Source: Phoronis australis
Lineage: Eukaryota; Animalia; Phoronida
Assembly: GCA_002633005.1 (NCBI GenBank)
Contig: NMRA01000041.1
Location: forward strand, 449,589 to 513,588
Direction: 5' to 3'
DNA length: 64,000 bases
The translations under genes were made by a program, and so were the position numbers. The notes under the pieces were generated by a model. The model ran no database searches, was not told the origin of the DNA, and saw nothing but the letters and a program-made list of their open reading frames with translations. Of the stretch, positions 25,501-38,694 are shown piece by piece; the stretch's first letter is position 1; each line of letters opens with the position of its first letter.

Positions 25501-27735
25501 CCATATTCAGCCCATGAAAAAATGAACCTACGTCCGTGAAAACCTGTCCCGTCATTGTTCAACGATTTTCCGCAACATGGGGTTTGGATAATCAAACAGC
25601 GTGCGTGAGAGAAGCATTTATTTTAAATTTCTCGGCTGAGGGTCGCGTAGTACGTATATCAGATTCAGAGCGGGCATGGATAGGAACAGTTCGAAATAAT
25701 GTGTGCCAGAGCGGGGCTGATCTCTTTGTGAGCACACGGTGTGGGGATACTACAAAGCGCCAACAAGTGCCTGGTGCTTGATCGGGGGAACTTCAGATCG
25801 TGAGAGAGAAATAACGTGCGTGAGAGAAGAATATTTGTTTGTTGGCAATTGCGAGCGATGCACAAGAAAGGAACTGAGTCTGTGTTCTTTGTTTTTTTAC
25901 GTTACGACGTTCTCCCGTTGAGCCTAACTTGTTAAGTTGTATATCACAACAAGTTGGGCGGATAGTCACTGTAGCCAATATCTTTTACTGACGACTGATT
26001 AAGTCCATTCTGACAGTTAGGGTTGCATGGTCTCGGTCAGCTCTCTTTTGTTCGATAATTTCTCTCATCTCCGATAAGATCGTATCTTATATCCTCCCTG
26101 GGCTGTGCTGTTAAAAATGAATAAGTTATAAAATGTTTGAACATAAGCCAATGACATTTCTTAATTGTCCATCAAATAATGATCAATCTTATAGTTTTTG
26201 AATCACCAAAATCGCCCAACTACATGTTAAGAAAATCTATTCTGTCCGAACGTACCGACGTACTGAGTTTGACTGTGTTCACAAGTGATCGGTTATACGC
26301 AGGGTAGATAATTTATCTGCATGTTGTCATACCAGACAAAAGACTATGCTCGGCAGTTAACAAAGGAGTTAGATTTTATCACACGCTCAAAACCGCTGTA
26401 CTAAACAGGAGAACGCCCTAATGAACTTTAAAAAAACATTCACTTATTTTTATGACCCAAATGAAGTGATTTTTTCACAATAGTTCACATCAAATTTAGA
26501 CCCCATTGAAAGCGACGAGAGTCATATTTTAATTTTACAAAGTTACCCGGGGTCATTGTTCAACACTCTGTGAAAAAGATTAGTAGGGCACAAGGAAGGT
26601 ACGTCCCGAGTGAGCGGCACTTCTCCTGGATATAATATACTTGCATCGAGCGACACGAATTAAATAATAAAGTTGCACGATCTTAGTGGTTTCTCTTGAA
26701 AAAACAAAAAAAATAAAACGCTCGCAGTGGATTAACAGACATGCGGCCGCTCAGGCCCCTCGAAAATCTGCCACTGGTTGCGATCTTCTAATAATTTGGT
26801 ATTTACCCTATCGACTGATCAATCTTAAAAAAACGCTTGTAAGTGCTGCATCACATGATTTTGTATGTCTCTGAAAACAATCACTTTCTTCAGCCTCATT
26901 ATTTGTTAGATATCACGCTTTGAAAAGGAAAACTTGCATCTTTTGTTTACACGGCAATTAGGCGTGTCACCTGACTAGTATGGCGTCAAGTTGTCAGCAG
27001 GAGGAGCGCGTGCGCCCGGTCTATGTGATGTCTATGGTCAGTACAGTGCAGAATGTCAGAATGGTCATGACGATGTGATTCCTGGTGACAGTGATGGCTA
27101 CAGTAATGATATGAAGACCGATTTCAAAGTTTTGAAAGACTATTGACACTACAAAAATCGTACTTAGTGTCGTGTTCTTCAAACGTAAATAAGTTGTTTA
27201 GGTACTGGTTTAGTTTTAAGTGCCTGCGAACAAAATATACAAGAAAGTAAGATAGTGATAATGTGTCGGATTACATGAAGAATGCAATTAAAAAATGTGG
27301 CTGCTAATAAATGGGGTTTTGATTATGTCTGCATTTAATAAGTTGCATTTTCAGTTTTGTGGACCACAAAAATGTGGGTGCAGCCATTAAAACTAACCTT
27401 TTTAAGTGACCCAAGAGCAAAGATACTGAGGAAAATGTATTTTACGGGTGCCATTTTCTAAAATCGAAGATGGCCGCCAAGATGGCGCCCAAGAATTTAA
27501 AATTTCCATTTCCTTGACCTGAGAAATGCAGATGTGCCATAAAAACAACATTCTAAGTGACCCAAAAGCGGAGATATTGGGCAAAATCCATTTTACAAGC
27601 GCCATTTTTGAAAATCCAAGATGGCTGCCAAGATGGCCGCCAAAATAGAAGCAATTATTTTCTGATTTGTCATTCCACGAGGTTTCCAAAAATGTATAGT
27701 TTCCACTTTCCCCAAACAATTCCAACTAAAGTACT
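22555..27735 (+). mobile_element. Decayed Academ (AcademX-type) DNA transposon
   Basis: Starts tagtcaggtt and has long imperfect inverted arms (~22590-22980 versus ~27340-27730). Internal remnants IGHYEFTLTPRAIFAASGAMLSCTDKS, FFSPD.D, KVLPASHAFT (XPG/H3TH-like), RPPTIGSLKQQVLR..Q..VW and a Cys-rich tail IVKCQCK..RCSC. The extreme right terminus is not recognisable. Confidence 0.78.
24591..27036. mobile_element. P-element-like non-autonomous insertion inside the Academ Cys-rich tail
   Basis: TIR cctagacatc..gaccgggcgc / gcgcccggtc..gatgtctatg. 8-bp TSD atcagtac (24583-24590) / gtcagtac (27037-27044). The host frame rejoins as TDLYQY|SAECQN. Confidence 0.78.
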
Positions 27736-28645
27736 TTTTCCAATGGTTACATTAAATCGTAAAAAACGCAGATTTTCGTCGTTTTGATATTAATGTGGAA
27801 ATTTAAGTCAATTTTCTAACTTGATGAGCAATACCTGATCGTGAAATGTTGAAATACAATTCCGTATTTTATCACTGTCGTTGAAGTTTTAAAGAGGCAA
27901 GTATTATTGAACTGACAATGTCACAATGTCACCGGTTAATTTGATAACAAATCTGCCCTAAGCGTAAATGAGAAGTTTTTGATTTTCTAAAAAATCAGTA
28001 AATTTATACAGGATGGTGATAAAGATTCACTGTTTTTATTCCATATATTCCATGCCTACCGTATTCAAAACGTTTCTTATAATTTGCCTCAATGCGATAA
28101 CTGTCAAGTGTTACTTCGCAAAATATGAGCATTTTGAGTTTAACGAAATCAAACTAAACTGTTAAGATATAAGAGAAAATTCCGTCTCACCAAATTAGAT
28201 AGTAACTGACACTTGTGGCTTTGGCTATCCAAAGGAATTTCCTCGGTTTCTTAATGTTTGGATTCATTGCGATGTTGATTTGGTTTTCTTTTAAAGAAAA
28301 ACTAAATGAAAAAGGCGGTCTTAACTAAATCTCCATCCTTTTTATCCTCCAATCTCACTGCTTCTCAGAGAATGCTCCCCCAGTCTGATGATACCCGTCT
28401 CGATATTCCTCCACTACCATTACCCCTTATATCTGTGTCCTACGAAACCGATGTTCCTCAACCCTTCTTATCCGATAACCCGTAAATTCAATTACTTTGC
28501 GACTCCTTGGTATGCATCAGCCCATTGCGTGATAAAACGCTACAAATTTGAGGGTTTGAAATGATTGGCAACCTGGGAGCACTGCATTAAGTGGATTCAA
28601 TCACCTCGAACAATATCCATTAATGTCCATATAATTATTTTTCAG

Positions 28646-28746
28646 GTTTCATATTCGAAACGCAATAAATGTTGCAGACCATGGCATCTACAGAGTGTCT
28701 GAAAATACGCTCAACATTCATGGCATATTTTTTGTGGGAGTTGTAG
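28646..28746 (+). CDS. Exon 7: C-terminal strands of Ig-like domain
   Basis: tttttcag| acceptor in phase 2 and TAG|gtaagt donor in phase 1. FHIRNAINVADHGIYRV carries the D-x-G-x-Y motif. This exon is absent from the ORF track. Confidence 0.8.
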
Positions 28747-31358
28747 GTAAGTTAAAGTTGTTTACAAACATATCTTTTCTAAGAGTTGTATGGTGTATAG
28801 CTCGCTCATTGAGGCAGCTGGTGTGCACTGTGCTACCAACGCGCCCCTGGATTTTTTCGTAAAGAGGTCCCCTCCTTAAGTTCACTAGGAAAGAGCTACA
28901 TACGTAAACATTCAAACAGGCTTATATTTCTTATGTACGGATGGGGACACATAGTACATGGCTGTATCATTTGCACTCAGTGGTTTTTGGTTTCATAGCT
29001 ATGACTTACTGGGCTAAAGTGGCATATTTGGAATTTTACGTTCCCCCAATTTCCTTTTTTGTACGGAAAAAGTGAATACAAGGTATAGGTGGTCATGAAG
29101 GTTCACGTGAATTAATCAAATTTGATTATTGCAGTTAACAGATATTATAACTAAATTTGTAGGAGAGGAGATATCTTAACAGACATTCTACGAGAAAATT
29201 AAAAGAAATCAAATCACCCTAGGGGTCATCTTCCAGATTGAATTTAAGCTCTGTGTATGTCATCATGATGTGGCGCTGATACAAAAATCGCAAATTTCGC
29301 ACTTATTGACCTCTTAGTATTAACCTATAGGCCTTCAAAGCTTTAGGTAGAAAATGGCACGTTTTTGCATACTAAAACAGCAGTTTTCAAAATAAAAACA
29401 GGTGGATTGCATGCAGTGAGAGAAAACACATAGGAAATGGGACACGAGGACTATCAAATGAAATTGATATTAATGATTTCGCTGCGCGCATCACGTGACA
29501 TGGGGGTAAATCTGTAAGCATTTTTTGCAGTGTTTAAAGTGCGTGTCATTCAAATCCTTCTACAAGCCAGTTTGAGGGGTGTAGACATTGACATTTGTTT
29601 TTGGAAAGATCTTGGATATGTAAAACAAATTTTAAAAATCTCTTGAATGGTTGTTGTTTGATTTAAATTTTGTTCTAAAAATGACCTAGTGTTGCGTATT
29701 CTACATTTTTAAACGAATGTTTTTGTAACTCTGTTACATTTAGAATGGATTCAAGAAAGATAATTAATGGAAATCAACATTTTTGGGACCATAATGCTGT
29801 CTGAGATATCCATATTACCATTTCACTCACTGAACGTTCACAACTGACCGTGGGTCAGGCACAGAAGATGACACAGCTGCCTGGTAACTGTACCACTAAC
29901 GATTAACGACGTTAGATAAAATTTCTTAGGGTGACATGAATAATTACTGGGATTTTTAAAGAAATAATCCGAATTTTTCAATAATTCAAGGCAATCTAGC
30001 TCTTATTTATAAAAAATCTTTTGAACTAAGGGTTCGGGACTGTATGAAGCGGTTAAACCGAAAATTATTTTTTCACTTTGATGACAAAAGCCTGCATCAC
30101 AGGAAAGGCATAATTGTCTGAAATTCAAATGTGAAAAAATATCAAAATCGCATGGTGCATTTAAAAGTTATACTATCAATGTGTTAAGTTTTGACTTTAT
30201 TTCGTTCGGGTCGGCCATCTTGCGATGGCAGTAGCATAAGCTAAGTACTTAAACATTGTTTTCACAAATTTTCCAGCAGTAAATTTTAGTAGCACATATC
30301 TTTACCTACCATTCTACACAATCCAAAAGTTTACATCAGTATTTAATGACGCAGGTGTAACTTTGTGAATTGAATGGTTAAAGTGCTTGCAATTCACGTT
30401 AGAGAACATGGCGACTTTTTGAACTGAAAGTCATATTCAACCGGCTACATAGTCATCATTTAAGATTTAACTACAATTAATTTGGAGACGCCTTGTTACA
30501 AAAAGCAGTTTTTACAGTGTTCCTGTGCTTGTGCCATATTTACTATGAATCTTCTATTTGTTTCAATGTTGAATGCCCATTCAATTGACCTTGCATTCTG
30601 CTAAAGTCTGTTGAAATTGTTTTGAAACCTGTTTTATTGTTTGACAGATAACTTCTGTTAGAGGTATGATCATTTTATGTCACAACAGAACCCAGATTTT
30701 TCTGTGCTCAAATTGTCCATTTGATTCGTGTTTTGTAACTAGTTACTTTCTACTTAAAGATACAACCAAATGGGAAAATGATACTTGATTTACAGAAATT
30801 GGTTACATTTGGATTATGAAGGGTAAAACCTACTCGAATCCTTCTGCGTCATATTTTTTATTATTTATCATTTAGGCTGTTAGGATCTTTTTGGTTTGCG
30901 TATTAATTTGTACCAAGATCACTTTGCTAGAAGTAAGTCTCAGCTACTATGAAAAATTTGAAACCCGTGCTCCAATATTTTTAAGAGATGTCATTTTTAT
31001 CTCTCATGAAGTCTGGCAACAGGTGACAAAATCAGATTTAGGTGTAATCGGTTAAATGATTAACATCCTGTAAAAATGACAAAACTGAGACTTTATATAT
31101 GTTATGTAATGATTGTCAGGTAATAATGTGGACGTTACCAGGGCACCAGTTACCAGAGGTTAGACGCATAAACGGTTTCCAACGTGCTAAAACTGTCAAT
31201 GGTGTAGCAGCACAGGTTAGATTCATTCGAAAACATGCATGTAAATAATATAATGCAACATATATTTTGGCTAAATTAGTAGTAGGACGTTGAAAAGAAA
31301 AACGACGCTAGACTGCAGCATGTAAATGACATCATCAGGTTCAATAGTATAAATAAAT

Positions 31359-31522
31359 ATAGATTATTACATGGCGAAGTCGTTATCCCTCGTTATCTAG
31401 AGCACGAGTGGATTTTGGAGAATTATCGCCCGAGGGGCCTAAGCCCCGAGGGTGATAATTCTCCAAAATCCACGAGGGCTCTAGCTAAGAGGCATAACGG
31501 CTGAGAACATGTAATAATCTAT
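31359..31522. repeat. ~165-bp imperfect palindrome/hairpin
   Basis: Outer arms atagattattacatg / catgtaataatctat, inner arms gtggattttggagaattatc / gataattctccaaaatccac, centre near 31440. Confidence 0.9.
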
Positions 31523-32065
31523 TTATACCACATAATAAACGAGAAACATTGCAATGAATCGATTTACCTTTTCTGGCTCTTCACGGCTTTGTAACTACTT
31601 TCTATGTCAGAGGCCCGGGGTCGGAGGTCGTGACCTTTTAAGAAAAGCCCGGCTATTTTTGTCAAATAATGCTTTTACTCAAAACCAATTGAAAACTTAA
31701 ATATTATAGAAATAAATTGAATTTATAAATTAAGGTTTACCAACTATTATAGCTTAAAACACGTTTTTTCACGCTAAGCTTCGACCGGGAAATTATCGTC
31801 TGCTAAAGTAGGTTACCACTGGTAACTGACTATAATTCTCAAGTCAAAGATCCTGACGAGACGATACCCGCATTCAAACTAGAGATCGGTGATTTACAAG
31901 TGAGAGGACATGAGAGAAAAATTTCACTGAATTAAGATATCATTTTCATGGAAATTTTGTGTCTTATTTTTCGTAGCGTATAAGTACAGTACAATGCGGT
32001 TTGTTGAACGTGCGATTATTGCGCGTGCTCATTTAAGTATTCTATTTTCACTCTTGATAACATCA

Positions 32066-32140
32066 GTCGCTGCTTGGTGTAGTGGTAAAGTCGGCGACCT
32101 CCAACTTCAAGGGTCCCGGGTTCGACTCCGTCCTCGGTTT
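32066..32140 (+). pseudogene. tRNA-derived sequence with A and B boxes
   Basis: TGGTGTAGTGG and GGTTCGACTCC at tRNA-like spacing. Stems pair poorly. Confidence 0.55.
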
Positions 32141-33556
32141 CCCGCCAAATCGTTATCTCACTAGTGAGATAACTTTATGGGTTATTACACGGTTGTATCT
32201 GCCATTTGACGCCAAACACAATATCGTAAGGGAATTAGAGTAATATTGAAACGTCATTCTCAAAGATGCATGTGCCATCGTTTCCTCGATGGAAACGTTT
32301 TGACTAAATTTCATGAAATGTCACCAAAGAAATCTAAAAATTGACATTGACTGATTTGATCACCATAGAAACATATTTGCAAAAATTAATGAAGCCTCGT
32401 TATGAGGTTTATGAGATATAGCTACATACTTTCCTTAGTCAGGCACCGTAAAATAGTCGATGGTTTGTCTTTTCTATAGGTTGTTGATTAGAAACAAACA
32501 TATTTTGATTTTCATATTTTCTAATTCAGACGTCAAACTGGTGAAGAGTGTGATTCATTGAAAATTCCGAGCACCCCGCAAGCTGGCCCTCACAGCACCT
32601 CACAAATGGCTGAAAATCAAAGTTGGGTAAAATCTATCGAATTTTTGCACTCCGTTGAAGGTTAACGAAACCCCTTAAAATTCAAAGACTGTCTTTTGAT
32701 AGAGAGATTCAACTTGGATGTCTACATATACATTATAAAAAGTTCTATCCCGTTCTTTTTAGCCGTTTTAAAACAACTTCATTAACTGAACCTTGTTGAA
32801 CCAAAAGTGAGCTATTTTGCTAAAATATTCACGACGTTCTAGCTTAAAAAATAAGGGCCCAAAAATTCAAATAAACATTTTGAACATAGTTCACCAAGAT
32901 GTATGAGCAAACAATTTTTTTCAAAATCTGAATCGGTGACCCGAGAGTCGACCTTTTGGTCTTCTTGTGGAAGCACTTTCTGATATTGATGAACGTGGCA
33001 AGAATTTGGAAAGCCGGAGTTGTTTATCGAAAGGTATTTGTAGATGAAATGATTTGTCGAGACTCTTCTGAGACTGGATTAAACGTCGCCAAAGAAATGG
33101 TGCATTTTTATGATTTGATCTCAATTTGGAGAGGATTGAGGCCATTTTGAAATTCACCATTTTTTAATGACGATGGCTTTGAGAAATATATTCACATGAA
33201 CGAATACAAACAAACGTTTCAGTTACAACGTAAGCTATCTTTTGTTTTGTTCTCATAGCAAAGGATACGTCCATCGCATGATGAATAGACACCCGGCAAC
33301 ACCGCCATCTATCACCATTCGATGTCTTACTCCTTATCTAGTTTCCCCTTACTTATAGTAATTGCCGCCAGATGATGTCCTATCCTGTTTCTGATATTAA
33401 TTTGTTAGCACACGTGGTTATTTGGTCTAATTTTGCTTTTCGCAGGCGCATAGTCACTTTAGTTTTGTCCTTGAGATGGAACCTGCGTACGTTCCAAGAA
33501 ATAGAACCAGTATATCGATGAGTTGAAATGTGTTTGTCCACGACCAGATTGGGTTG

Positions 33557-33601
33557 CTGCATGGATTGAACTTAAAAAGCTTTTAAGTTCAATCCATGCA
33601 G
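33557..33601. repeat. Perfect 21-bp-arm inverted repeat
   Basis: ctgcatggattgaacttaaaa-agc-ttttaagttcaatccatgcag. Confidence 0.95.
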
Positions 33602-34954
33602 TAACTCGTCTTCATGATGCACAATGTATCGAGTCAGATTTTTAAGACTATAGAGAGAGCGTTGAATTTGACTTGTATGCAAAAAACTGAGTCCGCTGCA
33701 TAAACCAAATCTCCTGTTCTTTAACCATTACTGAACGCGAAGTTCAACGTGATCGCCTGCCTAATCGCCAAACATTTTAAGATGACTGTTGCAACGAAAA
33801 ATACGAATTGTTGATCTATTCTGGCGAACTGTGACTTAATTTCCAAGTTTATTATGCGTGGGGACTGGAATATGATAATCGATAGCCGAAAAGACGCTAT
33901 TACTAATAGAAATGTTAACAATCCAAGTACACGCAGATAAGTTTTAGAGCTTTTAAAAGAAAAAAATGGTTGGCATTTGGAGAGCATTTCACCAAGGCGA
34001 AAATAGTTTCACATAGTTTAAAACACCCTGTGAAAATGAGTAGAGTGGACATTTTTCTTGCTACGGAAGACTTTTTCTTCAGTTTTTCAGACTCTTCTAT
34101 TTTGCCAGCCTGTATCAGATCACGCGACGGTTATAGTTAAATTTTTCATTTCTGGAGACACAAGATGGAACAGTTACTGGAAGTTTAAAGTCATCCGTTT
34201 TAAAAACCTCACCGAATCTGCATAACAATCAGTGAAACATACTCTCTTATATAGTCCGGATACCTATCGTCGTCAGGCTCCGATGGTCGTCCGCCATCTT
34301 CTTTCGCCTGCAGCGCAGTCACGCGGGAATTAGCGTTCCAATATATCTAGATCAGTCGTCTGCACCTTAGGTACCGTCAGAGGTCCTAATGTCGTGAGTG
34401 CCCTAAAGTCGTGAACGATCTTATTTCCTCTTCTGCGCAGCTCCGCGACATCTGGCATTGAAGTTTCCAGCGTTCGTCTGCTTACGAACATCAAACGAAT
34501 ACCAGGACGTGTTTTTAGTATTCACAATATGATATCAAACGGTGAGTGAGTGGCTTCTTTTTTCAAATGTATCTTAAAAACAGCATATTTCACTAATCCA
34601 CTTTTTGTGCATTTTTGGGATATATTTTCGAAAATATTCATCGTTCAAATTTACTCAAACACGCGCTTCAGGGATAGCTTGAACAATGTATCAATATGTC
34701 CCAGGGTCGATCAAGTTTTGTAAGGCCAAAGCAATAAAATACAGAGAGATAATTGATGCTGGGTTCTTAGTGTTTTACGTGAAAGACCTCATTGAAAACG
34801 TCTGTGCACATCATAGACTATAGTACATGGACCGCCAACTCCGTATACAGTACTTTCAATGGACGGAATATGTGAGCCCTTACGTCATTATTCACTGGCG
34901 ACACCTGGCTAAATTTTCTGGTGCAATTTCCGGCAAGTACGTCGTCTGCTAATC

Positions 34955-35149
34955 ATGGTCGGCTACTGTGTGGCCGGTTGTTCGACCACACACGCGAAAT
35001 GCAAAGGAATTAGCTTCCATACCATCCGAAGACCCCATAATCGGCTGTGGGAAGAAGACCTTACTTCTTGTGTCAACGTGAATGGCAGTTGTTTCAGCTA
35101 TAAGACTTTATATATTTGTTCAAGGCACTTCGAAGATGAATGTTTTTAA
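34955..35149 (+). pseudogene. Truncated THAP (C2CH) zinc-finger ORF, probably transposon-derived
   Basis: MVGYCVAGC...ISFH...W...ICSRHFEDECF followed immediately by a stop. Bracketed by catagact (34812) and agtctatg (35412-35419). Confidence 0.8.
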
Positions 35150-35670
35150 GACTCTACTACTTAATCCTGTCTTCACAAATCCATTTTTGTTTTCTCCGCT
35201 TTGATGAAAACTATCTGGTAAACTTTTTGACGAAAATTATCCTGTAAATTTCTTCCAAAGGTAGTGAACGCTGGTGAAACCTTTAACATAAATAAAGATT
35301 ACATTAATACTTCATAAATAACCACTCGGACCAGTCAAAATCTCCCAATTCAACAGCAGGTTACACACTCATTTCATGTCGAATATATGCCGCACAAAGT
35401 CTCTCGACTGCAGTCTATGAAAATGCAACCAACTTCTTTGAAAACATGGAAAGGAACACCAGATGGGTGTAAAGGTTGTTTTTATTCTTCAATATTAATT
35501 TCTTTGTAAGCGGACATATGGTTTTTTAAATTTCCGCCTTAAGTCCTAACATTTCTAAACTGAAGCCTTTCAAACAAAGGTTTATGACGAAAACAAAATT
35601 CTTCAACCAGTTTTGTAAAGTCGTATGCCACCTGTAGGGTACATAATGAGCCAATCCCACTCATAATGTA

Positions 35671-37257
35671 ACAAGACTTTGAAAAGCGTTTCAATGCCGA
35701 AATTAATATTTTTCGTTGTTTTGGACTGTAAAGTATATGTAAGTATTTCTCGTCAAAATACACTAACCGGAAACTGCACCAGAAAGGTCAGGAGAGTTCA
35801 GCTCATCACGTAAGAATATGCCGGAGTTGCGAATCTGTTGTCTTTAAAGTCCTGCTCTCACACGTTGTTAAACCTTATTACATGGTTACATGTAGAGGAT
35901 GTTATAAGGATCCAACAAGTATCTACCCCATAACTAATACACGACACGTACTCGAAAAAAAGTTTAAATGAACGTGCCACTCACGATTGGCACCCGAAAA
36001 ACCACCGCCATTTTGAACTTGCCGCGAATTACCCGGAAGTACAATTCATTCAGGAACCCAGGCCGAGAAAACGCCGTCAGTGCGACTGGAGCAGTGCCTA
36101 TACTGTTACCAGCCAGCAAACGGGGATAAAATAATCGACAGCGCGCCTTAATTTTAATAAAATAAAACTACGGACAATTTTATCGAATTTGCTGAAGAAA
36201 TGTGGCGAATAAGTTATGACAGAAATAATTTTGCCAAACTCGGGACCGCAGTCTGTCGGACCCGGTGCGGATCGAGACCAGACACTGGCGAACGATAAAT
36301 GCATGCGGTTGCAAGCTGTTTTGTCGAAGTAAAACGGTCAAATGATAAATGCTGCACATATTCAAGGGTAGTTTCAGACACTTGCATGAAATTACGGGCT
36401 GGTTAGTGCTGTGTCACACTGCCGCGGCAGACCTTAGTTAGCCTCAGTCACCAGCTACGAGTGAAGACTATCGTCAAAATACAGCTTGTTAGTAGGCCTA
36501 TACAACTTTGCGCCAAGGCTACCCTTAGGCCTAACTGGTCGCTGGCCGCAGCGCTCGCTCAAACGAGGTTTATTTAGAGTTTGGGTACTTCTGGTGAACT
36601 GTGCAAAGTTGTTGGCTTTCAATAGAGATTTTCCCAGACTTTGTATGAGCGCACCAAGCCTAAAAGAATGTGGGGGGTTCGACCCATATTGGTTCCTAGG
36701 TTCGACCGGCCTACGTAATGCTATTTTAACATACTAAGTACGCGTAATTTATGTAGTATTTTCAGATACTGGAACCACATGGGCAGTTTGAGAGCAGGGC
36801 TATAATCTATGGTGCACATTAAAGTTGGGTGCAAAACATACATGTATAACACATTTATTTCAATTGAAATTGAATTAATAAACAATGCAATGTATTTTTA
36901 TGTCGTCTAGAGTAACTGTAAGTACTGTAGTTGACTTGTGTGGTCTTACTTCGTGCATTTCCGTCTAAACGAAACGTTCACGACCTTAGGGCCTCATTCA
37001 AAATGGCCGGCGATATCAGCGACCGTTTTAAAACTCTGCTTACGGATACGAACAAGGATTAAGATTGTCAAAACACGTATATTTGTGAAGGCTGACGTCC
37101 ATGAGCAGTTGCAAACGGACTTTGGGTAGTACGACAATCAACTGCTTATTATGCTTATATTCACGACTTTAAGTCACCGGACAACGCCAGAAATATCTGA
37201 CATAGGCAGTGCGCATGCGCAGCCAGCAGCTAACTATTCCCCCACAGAAATACACAC
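35671..37257 (+). repeat. 1.59-kb near-identical direct duplication, copy 1
   Basis: Matches 38695-40281 at offset 3024. The only difference I noticed is aacatact versus aatttact. The copy ends at the single N at 37258. Confidence 0.95.
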
Positions 37258-38694
37258 NCAGGTTTCAAGCTCCTCAGCTTGGTTTAACTATATATTAATA
37301 AACCATAAAAATGGTTCCAAGTGATCAGTGCAATAGCTGCGCACGTCTAATAAATGTGTTTCATGCAGCTCTTGATTTAAACAAAGGTCTGTTTTTTAAT
37401 TTTGGTCCGGTATAAATAACGCCACAGATCTGGAAATCCAGCGAAACACTTCTACCTTACAAATCTGACAATCCCTAGTCTCAGAAAATTTGAGCACCCG
37501 GCAAAAGATACTAATGATGAAATTCTGGGGATGATAATCACCCACTTTGTTTATTTACTTTATCACCTCAATTCGAAATACTTGGTCAAATGAAGCCCAT
37601 TCGAGTAAGCATTATGTGGGTCCCATTGCCAACCCAATATACAATATGATAGAACCCAACTACTTCAAGTTGCAGTTAAATCAGGATGGGCATAGATAAG
37701 GAAATTTGCTGCATCAACAGATTGGCCTAATAAGAATAAGATACAAAGTGTTGCTACAGTGCACACGTGCAGGAGACTTGGTCTATTATTTTCCCGCCGT
37801 AAATGCATGAACCAATCAGATCACCAATGGCGCAAACTTTTCGAAAACAGCTCGATTTTTAGGAGTCCTGTTTTACTGTTTTATTTATTTTCAAAACTTT
37901 ATTGTGTTACATTTAGTTTATTTTCTGTTAAACTCAATGAAGCCACCTAATATGAATGCATTCAACCCCCATTAATGCCTTGTAAAAACCAAAAGTTATG
38001 CTCTGTCAACGTTAGACAAAATCAGTACACCCCTTTCTCAAAAATGGGTTAAAAGTTAGAAACAAAGGACACAAGTTTCCATCACTTGTAACGTCGATTT
38101 TCGACATTGATGTTGGGGAGGAACATCAGTTTGGCGACAGCAACACGGAATCGTACGAAGGCGATGATTTTCAAACTTTGATTCGTTTTCGTAGTATGAC
38201 TTTTTTCCCTATGGTTCAGGGCTACTTCTGAACCCAGGAACAAGAACTGAAAAATGCAGGGTTCGTGATAACGTTGGAGAACGGTAACATTTATATAAGT
38301 TGTTACAACTGTCATCGATATTGTCATCTCCTCTGTTTTCATCTAACCTTCCCAGATGAAAACTTGAATGAAGAGGACCTTCAGTACTTGAGTGAGCATG
38401 GTATACTGTGTGATTTATGTTGAATTATTCAACAGTTCTTTTAAGAACCATTTCACTCTATAGCTACAACCAACATCCCTTTTAAGGGCCACTCAACACT
38501 TCCCAGAAGAACTGCTCACTTGAGAATGTTGATTAATAAACATGCTTTCGCAGTTTTATCAGTAGGCCTATGTGAACCATGAATCAAAAACTGTCCGATA
38601 ACTATGCTGCTATTGGGCAAGCAGACGACATAATCAGTCGGCACCGAAGTTTAAATTTTGTAATTAATTACCAGTAGCATTGCCAAAAGTACTC

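Noticed and set aside
28870-31150. Additional DNA transposon bodies
   Set aside because: The sequence looks repeat-like, but I could not pair termini or find coding motifs.
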